A stretch of DNA of 30,973 nt from a virus: positions 1 through 30,973 of the IMG/VR virus record IMGVR_UViG_3300017709_000019; one strand, given 5' to 3'. Shown piece by piece: positions 22,173 to 29,382 of this stretch (position 1 is the first letter of the stretch; each line of letters opens with the position of its first letter). The notes beneath the pieces are model-generated. The model saw only the letters and a program-made list of their open reading frames with translations, was not told where the DNA came from and searched no databases. A program made the position numbers and the translations under genes.

Positions 22173-23361
22173 AAAATATTTAGTATTAGATGAATCATTT
22201 GCAAGATACTTTATTGTAACTGGTGGTAGAGGCTCAGGTAAATCATTTGCTGTAAACTCGGTACTATTACTATTAACCTATCAAGCTGGACATACAATAT
22301 TATTTACAAGATATACGTTGAGAGCTGCTGGTATTTCAATCATACCTGAGTTCATAGAAAAGTTAGAACTGCTTGGAGTTATTGACAGATTTAAAATAAC
22401 AAAGGATGAAATAATAAATACAGGCAATGGCAGTAAGATAATATTTCGTGGTATTAAAACAAGCTCAGGCGACCAGACAGCAAATCTAAAATCGTTACAA
22501 GGTATAACTACTTGGGTAATGGATGAAGCAGAAGAATTAAATGATGAAGATATATTTGATAAGATTGATTTATCTGTAAGAAATAAAATACAAGAGAATA
22601 GAGTTATACTAATATTAAATCCAACAACTAAAGAACATTTCATTTATAAAAGATGGTTTGAAGATAGAGGTGTTGCTGCTGGTAGTAATATAACTAAAGA
22701 AGATACTACCTATATACACACTACATACTTAGATAACATTGACAACCTTTCAGAAAGCTATATTAAGCAGATAGAGACAATGAAGGTTAGAAGGCCAAAC
22801 AGATACAAGCATACTATAGAAGGTGCTTGGTTAGATAAAGCTGAGGGTGTTATATTTACTGATTGGAGTATAGGAGAATTTAAACAAGTAGGTAAAATTG
22901 TATTTGGCCAAGATTATGGATTTTCTCAGGATGCCTCGACGCTTGTAAAAACAAGCATAGATAAAGAAAATAAAATAATATACATTCAGTTATGTTTCTA
23001 TCAACCTAAGTTAACAACAAGCGAAATAGCAGTATTAAATAAAAAGTTTGCAGCAGATAATTTAATAGTAGGTGATTCAGCAGAACCAAGATTAATAACA
23101 GAACTAAGTAGAGAATGTAATGTTGTGCCAGCAATCAAAGGACAAGGTAGTATAACATTTGGTATTAGTTTATTACAAGATTATGATTTAGTAATAACTG
23201 AAGATAGTACAGAATTAATAAAAGAGTTAAATAACTATTGTTGGTTAGAGAAGAAATCACAAACGCCAGTAGATAATTTTAATCACGCTATTGATGCGTT
23301 GAGATATGCAGTTAGCTATCAATTACAGAATCCAAACTTAGGAGAATATCACATTTATTAA
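22150..23361 (+). CDS. terL: Terminase large subunit
   Basis: Walker A VTGGRGSGKSF, Walker B WVMDEAEE, and a C-terminal nuclease-like segment (FGQDYGFSQDAS .. GDSAEP .. HAIDALRYA). There is no in-frame ATG before the Walker A motif, so the start is probably TTG 22150. Confidence 0.9.
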   Translation: MQGLKLNKKYLVLDESFARYFIVTGGRGSGKSFAVNSVLLLLTYQAGHTILFTRYTLRAAGISIIPEFIEKLELLGVIDRFKITKDEIINTGNGSKIIFRGIKTSSGDQTANLKSLQGITTWVMDEAEELNDEDIFDKIDLSVRNKIQENRVILILNPTTKEHFIYKRWFEDRGVAAGSNITKEDTTYIHTTYLDNIDNLSESYIKQIETMKVRRPNRYKHTIEGAWLDKAEGVIFTDWSIGEFKQVGKIVFGQDYGFSQDASTLVKTSIDKENKIIYIQLCFYQPKLTTSEIAVLNKKFAADNLIVGDSAEPRLITELSRECNVVPAIKGQGSITFGISLLQDYDLVITEDSTELIKELNNYCWLEKKSQTPVDNFNHAIDALRYAVSYQLQNPNLGEYHIY

Positions 23362-23390
23362 AGCCACGCTTAAGCCACCCTTAAGCATTT
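23359..23390 (+). repeat. Three 11-bp phased direct repeats (T)TAAGCCAC / TTAAGCAT, containing the palindrome GCTTAAGC
   Basis: AGCCAC at 23362-23367 and 23373-23378, and AGCAT at 23384-23388. GCTTAAGC at 23368-23375. The array begins at the terL stop codon. Confidence 0.6.
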
Positions 23391-23447
23391 AGATAAGATA
23401 AGAAAAGAAAAGATATATAAGAAAAATAAAAAAAAGTTTAAAAAAGT

Positions 23448-23478
23448 TTTGTAGTTTATAAATATATTTATATATTTG
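23448..23478 (+). promoter_or_regulatory. Bacteroidota-type promoter (TTTG - 19 nt - TATATTTG)
   Basis: TTTG at 23448-23451 and TATATTTG at 23471-23478, with a 19-nt spacer. It lies 28 nt upstream of ATG 23506 and matches the published -33 TTTG / -7 TAnnTTTG consensus. Confidence 0.6.
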
Positions 23479-23505
23479 ACTAATTATTAATTAAAACCAA
23501 AACAA

Positions 23506-23679
23506 ATGAAAACATTTACTAATATCTTCGGAACAAAAATAACACATAAACCATTTTATCAAAGCTCTTTAGATACTTGGAGAATTGCAAGATATGAAAA
23601 CGATAAATTAGATATTGTTTTTGAAGATAAATACTTTCTAAATAAAAAAGATTGTATGGAATTTTTACAAAACAATTAA
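23506..23679 (+). CDS. Stand-alone 57-aa protein (moron-like cassette)
   Basis: ATG 23506 to TAA 23677-23679. Translation: MKTFTNIFGTKITHKPFYQSSLDTWRIARYENDKLDIVFEDKYFLNKKDCMEFLQNN. It has its own promoter and terminator. Confidence 0.5.
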   Translation: MKTFTNIFGTKITHKPFYQSSLDTWRIARYENDKLDIVFEDKYFLNKKDCMEFLQNN

Positions 23680-23729
23680 TTAAAATACCAAGAGGCAGCC
23701 GATTTATTAGCGTAAGTCCTCAGAAATTA

Positions 23730-23759
23730 AAAAGCTACTGTAATAGGTAGCTTTTTTTT
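23730..23759 (+). terminator. Rho-independent terminator
   Basis: AAAAGCTAC (23730-23738), loop TGTAATAG, GTAGCTTTT (23747-23755). The T-run extends to 23759. Confidence 0.8.
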
Positions 23760-23761
23760 AT

Positions 23762-23769
23762 TATATTTG
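23762..23769 (+). promoter_or_regulatory. -7 type promoter box TATATTTG (no clear -33 element)
   Basis: The same octamer as at 23471 and 23879, located immediately after the terminator. Confidence 0.4.
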
Positions 23770-23775
23770 ATTATA

Positions 23776-23880
23776 ATTTAAAAATAACTTTCTGAATACG
23801 TTTAGTAAAGTCTTGATTTAAAATTTATGTTTTGGTTTAAAGTAGGTAGTCGGCACAAGAGCGTTACCTACTTTTTTTTA
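23776..23880 (+). ncRNA. Candidate small RNA: an ORF-less unit between a promoter box and a terminator
   Basis: The TATATTTG box at 23762-23769 is followed by about 100 nt that ends in a strong terminator. The only ORF is a 24-codon one that runs through the terminator stem. Confidence 0.3.
23841..23880 (+). terminator. Rho-independent terminator
   Basis: AGTAGGTA (23841-23848) pairs with TACCTACT (23865-23872) around a 16-nt loop, followed by a T-run to 23879. Confidence 0.8.
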
Positions 23881-23923
23881 TATTTGTATATAACGATTCA
23901 CTAATTTAAACGTTTGTATATAA
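23879..23923 (+). promoter_or_regulatory. Candidate promoter of the virion (late) operon: a TATATTTG box plus two copies of TTTGTATATAA
   Basis: TATATTTG at 23879-23886. TTTGTATATAA at 23883-23893 and 23913-23923. Palindrome AAACGTTT at 23908-23915. Confidence 0.45.
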
Positions 23924-24595
23924 ATGAAACTAACTATTAACATACCAGAAACACTTAATGAAGTTACTTTAAAGCAATACCAAAAGTGGTTAAAGATTGC
24001 TGATGGTAAAGAACTGGATTCGTTTCTACAACAGAAGATGGTAGAAATATTTTGTAATATACCACTTAAGCAAGTATTACAAATAAAAGCTACTGATATC
24101 AACAACATCTGCGAAGAGCTATCAAAGCTATTTAATAACGAACCTAAGTTCATTGATAGGTTTACTTTAAACGATAAAGAGTTTGGATTCATACCAAAGC
24201 TGGATGATATTTCATTTGGTGAATATGTTGATTTAGATACTTACTTAGCTGATTGGGATTTAATGAATAAAGCTATTGGTGTTTTATATAGGCCAATAAC
24301 CTACAAGAAGAAGCAGCAGTATTTAATTGAAGAATATGAAAGTGCTGAAAAATACGATATGACTGAAGTAACTTTAGATATTGTATTTGGTGCTATTGTT
24401 TTTTTTTACAGTTTAAAGAACGAATTACAGAAAACTATCCTGAATTATTTAGCAACTCAGAAGGAGGTAGAGCTTCCTCAGCATCTGCGGGATTCTCTGC
24501 AAAGTGGGGCTGGTATCAATCTATCTACGGACTTACTAATGGAGACATTCTCAAATACAATCAAATTACCAAATCAAAACTACACACCTGTTTAA
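23924..24595 (+). CDS. Tail-assembly-chaperone-like protein, zero-frame product (223 aa)
   Basis: First gene after the regulatory hub. It contains a T9 slippery run at 24399-24407, with an overlapping start-less -1 ORF. Confidence 0.55.
   Translation: MKLTINIPETLNEVTLKQYQKWLKIADGKELDSFLQQKMVEIFCNIPLKQVLQIKATDINNICEELSKLFNNEPKFIDRFTLNDKEFGFIPKLDDISFGEYVDLDTYLADWDLMNKAIGVLYRPITYKKKQQYLIEEYESAEKYDMTEVTLDIVFGAIVFFYSLKNELQKTILNYLATQKEVELPQHLRDSLQSGAGINLSTDLLMETFSNTIKLPNQNYTPV
24399..24407 (+). promoter_or_regulatory. Candidate -1 ribosomal frameshift site (T9; GTT TTT TTT TAC in the zero frame)
   Basis: T TTT TTT fits the X XXY YYZ pattern. The -1 frame is open from 24367 to TGA 24661-24663, and its only ATG is near the end, at 24595. 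Confidence 0.5.
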
Positions 24596-24663
24596 TGCAC
24601 TTAGCATTTGAAAAAGATAAATATGAATTAGAACAACAAATATTAAAAAGAAGCCAACGATGA
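24406..24663 (+). CDS. -1 frame extension of the 23924 gene (fusion product about 246 aa)
   Basis: Translation: LQFKERITENYPELFSNSEGGRASSASAGFSAKWGWYQSIYGLTNGDILKYNQITKSKLHTCLMHLAFEKDKYELEQQILKRSQR. Its TGA overlaps ATG 24660 in the ATGA style used across this genome. Confidence 0.5.
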   Translation, partial: LQFKERITENYPELFSNSEGGRASSASAGFSAKWGWYQSIYGLTNGDILKYNQITKSKLHTCLMHLAFEKDKYELEQQILKRSQR

Positions 24664-24926
24664 CAAAGGATGATATATTAGAAGAATTAACAGAACGCAA
24701 TTTATTAATTGAGAATGAACACATAATTTTAGTTGATGGCTTTGAAGAAGCATTTTTAGGTATTACAGCTAACAATCCAGTACAAGCAATTTATGATTAT
24801 TGGATATGTTTAGATTTATTAATACAAAGAGATAATATGGATTTTGATAATGCGATTGATGACTTAGATGAATTTATTAATCAAGATTTAGGCCAACACA
24901 CACCAAGATATATAAAAGTAGTATGA
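24660..24926 (+). CDS. Small conserved-looking phage protein, unknown function
   Basis: 88 aa with FEEAFLGITANNPVQAIYDYWICLDLLIQRDNMDFDNAIDDLDEFI. Confidence 0.5.
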   Translation: MTKDDILEELTERNLLIENEHIILVDGFEEAFLGITANNPVQAIYDYWICLDLLIQRDNMDFDNAIDDLDEFINQDLGQHTPRYIKVV

Positions 24927-25378
24927 ACAGTTTTTACAATATAATAGATAAAATAAAAGAAGTAATTGTTGCAGAACCATTTAACAATGAAATAACATTT
25001 GGTGATATAGCTGATATTGATTTAAAGAAACAGAGCTTGTTTCCGTTGTCACATGTAATGGTTAACAATAGTACAATAAACAACAATTATATAACATTTA
25101 ATATTACAATCTTCTTTATGGATTTAGTAGATATTAGCAATGAGCAAGTAACAGATTTATATAGAGGTAATGACAACAGGCAAGATATATTAAACACTCA
25201 GTTAGCATTAGCAACAAGAGTAATACGAGTTTTACAAAAGAGTGATTTATACAAAGATAAATTTGAATTAATTAATCCAGCTACTTGTGAACCTTTTACA
25301 GAGCGTTTTGACAATATGCTTTGTGGTTGGGCTGTTACTTTTGATTGTGGTACTAATGATGAAATGACTTACTGCTAA
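24923..25378 (+). CDS. Putative neck / head-tail joining protein
   Basis: 151 aa. The call rests on position and on LFPLSHVMV..ITFNITIFFMD, which recalls DUF3168-type tail-completion proteins. Confidence 0.35.
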   Translation: MNSFYNIIDKIKEVIVAEPFNNEITFGDIADIDLKKQSLFPLSHVMVNNSTINNNYITFNITIFFMDLVDISNEQVTDLYRGNDNRQDILNTQLALATRVIRVLQKSDLYKDKFELINPATCEPFTERFDNMLCGWAVTFDCGTNDEMTYC

Positions 25379-25857
25379 TGAGTGAATTTAAAAAGGCATT
25401 AGAGAAATACGCTAAGTACGTTATACAACAGTCAAGGAGCAACCTAACTAAAAAGAAAAATAACGCTTCTAAGCAACTATATAATAGTTTAGAGTATAAA
25501 ATACAAGGAGATAAAGTTTCGTTTCTTAGCGAGGATTATGGGCAGTTTATAGATAGAGGGGTAAAAGGTTCTAAATCTACATATCCAGAAAGCTCAGCAA
25601 GTCCATTTAAATACACTACTAAACAACCACCAAGTTCAGTATTTGACAAGTGGAGTATTAGAAAGGGTATTGCACCAAGAGATAGTAAAGGTAGGTTTGT
25701 TAATAGGCAATCATTAAATTTCTTAATTGCAAGAAGTATTAAAAACAAAGGTATTAGAGCAACATTATTTTTTACTAAACCATTTGAACGTGGTTTAGAT
25801 TTATACGGAGATGAAATAGTTGCTGGTTATTTAGAAGATAAATTAGATTTACAATGA
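25378..25857 (+). CDS. Putative HK97-gp10-like head-tail adaptor
   Basis: 159 aa with LYNSLEYKIQGDKVSF..DYGQFIDRGVKG..FFTKPFE, resembling the gp10 family pattern. Confidence 0.4.
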   Translation: MSEFKKALEKYAKYVIQQSRSNLTKKKNNASKQLYNSLEYKIQGDKVSFLSEDYGQFIDRGVKGSKSTYPESSASPFKYTTKQPPSSVFDKWSIRKGIAPRDSKGRFVNRQSLNFLIARSIKNKGIRATLFFTKPFERGLDLYGDEIVAGYLEDKLDLQ

Positions 25858-26981
25858 GCACAATAATAAGAACAAGAAGCCCTTTCTTTATAAGAACACC
25901 ACAACAAACAAGTAGCAGTTTAAGTTACTTTCAAATTAACATAACTGTATTTGGTGGTATAGCTACATCATCAGAATTATGTGATGATTTATATGCAGCT
26001 TACTCATTACAGAAAAAACCATTAGGAGCAGAAGATTCTGTTACTGTTGATATAAGTAAAATAGTAAACGACCACATAGAGCAAATATTTACAGGAACTT
26101 ATGCAGCTGCTAAAAGTTCTATTTGGGTAACTGTATCAACTTCTGCAAGAGAATCAGATGGCACATTAATTGGTGTAATATCTTCAAATACTTACTTAGC
26201 TCAAGAAGGGTATAATAAATTTAAAGAAGGTGCTAACTACACAACTGAACCAACTGCTATGGTTAGTAGTACATATATACAATATCATTTAGGTAGTACA
26301 GTAACAATACCTGTTAACGTTGAAAGAGTTACATCTGTTCAATGGCGTTCTGGCACAAGTGTAAGAGAAACAGATAGTTTTTCAGATAATGGTAACCAAA
26401 ACCAAAAGATAGGTTATGCACAATTTACAGGCGGTACATTACTTGATAGTGCTTTAATAATTTATGATAGTGGAAGCACAACTACAATAACTTTAGAACA
26501 AGTAGAAGAATGTAAATTTCCAGTAAATAAAATAACATTTGTGAACAGGTGGGGAGCTTTACAAGATTTATTCTTTTTTAAGAAGTCTACAGAAAGCTTA
26601 GAAGCAACAAGAGAAAATTTTAATGCAAGTATATTTCAAGCAAGAAGTGTAGCACTATCACCACCTCAAACAGGCACAAATTGTGTTGAAACAATTACTT
26701 ATAATAGTTATTCAACAACAGCACATTCTAAGAAAACATTTAATGCTAACGCTACAGAATCAGTTGTTTTAAATACTGGTTTTGTTAACGAATTAATGAA
26801 TCCATATTTTGAAGAGTTAATGGTTAGTGAATACATCTGGCTAACAGATTTAAGTGCTAACATATTTCCAGTTAATTTAAAAGAAAGCTCCTTTGCTAAA
26901 AAAACAGGGTTAAACGATAGGTTAATTAATTACACAATGTCTTTTGATAAATCTTTTGCTTTAGTAAATAATATTAGATAG
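25854..26981 (+). CDS. Virion structural protein (tail component)
   Basis: 375-aa ORF in the tail module with a 4-nt overlap upstream. Confidence 0.45.
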   Translation: MSTIIRTRSPFFIRTPQQTSSSLSYFQINITVFGGIATSSELCDDLYAAYSLQKKPLGAEDSVTVDISKIVNDHIEQIFTGTYAAAKSSIWVTVSTSARESDGTLIGVISSNTYLAQEGYNKFKEGANYTTEPTAMVSSTYIQYHLGSTVTIPVNVERVTSVQWRSGTSVRETDSFSDNGNQNQKIGYAQFTGGTLLDSALIIYDSGSTTTITLEQVEECKFPVNKITFVNRWGALQDLFFFKKSTESLEATRENFNASIFQARSVALSPPQTGTNCVETITYNSYSTTAHSKKTFNANATESVVLNTGFVNELMNPYFEELMVSEYIWLTDLSANIFPVNLKESSFAKKTGLNDRLINYTMSFDKSFALVNNIR

Positions 26982-29242
26982 TGCAAAAAGTTATTCTATA
27001 CATACAGCCACAGTTAAGAAATACAACAACTACACAAGACTTTGTTAGAGTTGATTTAATGGAAGAAGAATTAATTTCATTAACTCAAGTTATTCAAGAT
27101 GTTAGTGATATAGATAAACTGTTTACTGATTACAGTAGAACATTTAATTTACCAGCAAGTAAAACTAATAACAAGATTTTTAAGCATTGGTATAACCCTG
27201 ACATAGAAGGATTTGATGCTAATGTCTTTTGTGAATCAAGAATTGAATTAAACCATTTACATTTTAGGTTTGGTAAAATACAGCTTAATGAAGTTGTAAT
27301 GAAGTTTGGTGAGCCATCAATGTATAAGGTAACATTCTTTGGTAATACAGTAGCTTTTAAAGATAAGATTAATGAAGACCAGCTTAGTGATTTAGTTTGG
27401 TTAAATAATTTTAATCACGATGCAGATGCTGATTATGTAAGAATAGCTTTAGAATATGGCAAAGATTTTACTATTGATTCCGTTGCTTATAACGATGCAA
27501 TTATATATCCGTTAATAGCACATTCACAAAGTTATATTTATGATGATACTGGTAATACTAATAATGGTTTAAATATATCTACACAATCAACACATCATCA
27601 ACAAAGGGGAGTAGTTCCAGAAGATTTAAAACCAGCTATACCAGTAAAGAATATTATTAAAGCAATTGAAGAACAGTATAATATAACTTTTAAAACAAGT
27701 GAGTTTTTAGATTCTGCTGCAATGACTAATTTGTATTTGTGGCTACATAGAGCAAAAGGAAGAATTACTGGAGATTTATTAACTGAATTAAGCAACACAA
27801 CCTTTAACTGTACTTCAAGCACTTCAAACTGTAACCATTATAATGGTGTTCTTTATCCATCTGTTCAATTTAGTAATGGTGATTACATATTTACACAAGC
27901 GTATACAAATGGTTATGAAGAAGGATTTAAATTTACTGCTACAATAACACCAGCTTCAAGCACAATACCTTATTCAATTGAAATAGTAGATAGTTTGACA
28001 GATACTATTGTTGCATCTGCTAATAATTTATTAGGCACTCAAAGCCATTCAATAGGCTATGGTAAATTACAAACTAACACACTATCATTAAATGAGTCTA
28101 AGAGATTATTTGCAAGAGTAAGAAGTGTTGACCCTTTAACATTTTCTGCTGCGCTTTCAATAGAACATTCTTATTTTGATTTAGCTTTAGGAAGGTATGA
28201 TTATAGTTTAACTGCTAATTACACAAGCTCATCTTCAAGTATTGTAACAAGTGCTACAATAATAATTACTGAACAAATACCAGAATTATCAATTAAAGAT
28301 TTTTTAAATGGCTTGTTTAGAGCTTTTAACTTGACTGCTTATGTTGATTTTAATGACCAGATAGTAGTTAAAACTTTAGATAGTTATTATGCCGCTGGTG
28401 ATACTTTTAATATTACAGAGTTTGTTAAAACAGATGAACATACTGTAGGAGAGGCATTGCCATTTTCAAACGTAGATTTAGAATATAGTGAACCTAAAAG
28501 CATACTTGCTCAAACCTTTAGAAGTATGAATAACAGAAGATATGGTGAACTAAACTACATTGGTGATGCAAGCAAGAAGAATGAATACAAAATTACTTTA
28601 CCATTTGAACATATGTTGTATGAAAGATTACAAGATAAAACAAGTAATGCGTTAACGTTAATACAAACTGGTAGTTTTTTAGATGATGATTTAAATCCAA
28701 GTATTGGGCAACCTTTGTTATTTTATGGTATTCAAAGGTCAAGTATTTATGCAAGTGCAATAAATTTTTTAGATAGTACAAGACCAGAAACTTACGGTGC
28801 TTTATGTCCAAATGGAACTAATTACACTTTAAACAACTATTGGATGCCACACAATGCTAATGAATTAGGCACATCAACAACAGCACCAACATACAACTTA
28901 AATTTTGGTAGTGAAATAGATAGTTATCAATTAACAGATTATGGTGGCAATAATAATAGTTTGTTTCAAACGTATTACGAAAATTATATAGTAAGAGTAT
29001 TTAACAAGAAAACAAGGATATTTAAGTTTAACGCAATACTACCACTTAAAGTATTATTAAATCTAACATTAGACGATTTGATTATAGTTGGCACAAGAGC
29101 TTATACAATAAATAAAATGTCTACTAAATTACAAAGTGGAGAAACAAATTTTGAACTATTAAATGAACCAGCAGCACTTGCTACAAGCTCAAGCAGTTCA
29201 GATAGTACAAGTGGTTCAAGCGGTTCAGATTCAGGGGGGTAA
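26981..29242 (+). CDS. Large virion structural protein (tail tip / baseplate-type), GTG start
   Basis: 753 aa. GTG 26981 overlaps the preceding TAG by 1 nt. It has a Ser/Gly-rich C-terminal tail (SSSSSDSTSGSSGSDSGG). Confidence 0.5.
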   Translation: MQKVILYIQPQLRNTTTTQDFVRVDLMEEELISLTQVIQDVSDIDKLFTDYSRTFNLPASKTNNKIFKHWYNPDIEGFDANVFCESRIELNHLHFRFGKIQLNEVVMKFGEPSMYKVTFFGNTVAFKDKINEDQLSDLVWLNNFNHDADADYVRIALEYGKDFTIDSVAYNDAIIYPLIAHSQSYIYDDTGNTNNGLNISTQSTHHQQRGVVPEDLKPAIPVKNIIKAIEEQYNITFKTSEFLDSAAMTNLYLWLHRAKGRITGDLLTELSNTTFNCTSSTSNCNHYNGVLYPSVQFSNGDYIFTQAYTNGYEEGFKFTATITPASSTIPYSIEIVDSLTDTIVASANNLLGTQSHSIGYGKLQTNTLSLNESKRLFARVRSVDPLTFSAALSIEHSYFDLALGRYDYSLTANYTSSSSSIVTSATIIITEQIPELSIKDFLNGLFRAFNLTAYVDFNDQIVVKTLDSYYAAGDTFNITEFVKTDEHTVGEALPFSNVDLEYSEPKSILAQTFRSMNNRRYGELNYIGDASKKNEYKITLPFEHMLYERLQDKTSNALTLIQTGSFLDDDLNPSIGQPLLFYGIQRSSIYASAINFLDSTRPETYGALCPNGTNYTLNNYWMPHNANELGTSTTAPTYNLNFGSEIDSYQLTDYGGNNNSLFQTYYENYIVRVFNKKTRIFKFNAILPLKVLLNLTLDDLIIVGTRAYTINKMSTKLQSGETNFELLNEPAALATSSSSSDSTSGSSGSDSGG

Positions 29243-29244
29243 TT

Positions 29245-29382
29245 ATGAAAACAATATTAGAAGCATTAGAATTTTGTAAAGAGAATAAATTGTATGATAA
29301 ACATATAAATATTGCATTAGGTATTAATAAAGTACCACTAACAATTAAAGAAGGGTTTAACCAATTAAGAATGAAGAAATGA
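29245..29382 (+). CDS. 45-aa hypothetical protein
   Basis: ATG 29245 to TGA 29380-29382. Translation: MKTILEALEFCKENKLYDKHINIALGINKVPLTIKEGFNQLRMKK. ATGA overlap with the tape-measure-like gene. Confidence 0.4.
   Translation: MKTILEALEFCKENKLYDKHINIALGINKVPLTIKEGFNQLRMKK

Noticed and set aside
23827-23901. 24-codon ORF (MFWFKVGSRHKSVTYFFLYLYITIH) in the second intergenic unit.
   Set aside because: It runs straight through the terminator stem-loop and T-run and into the next promoter box, so it is most likely fortuitous.
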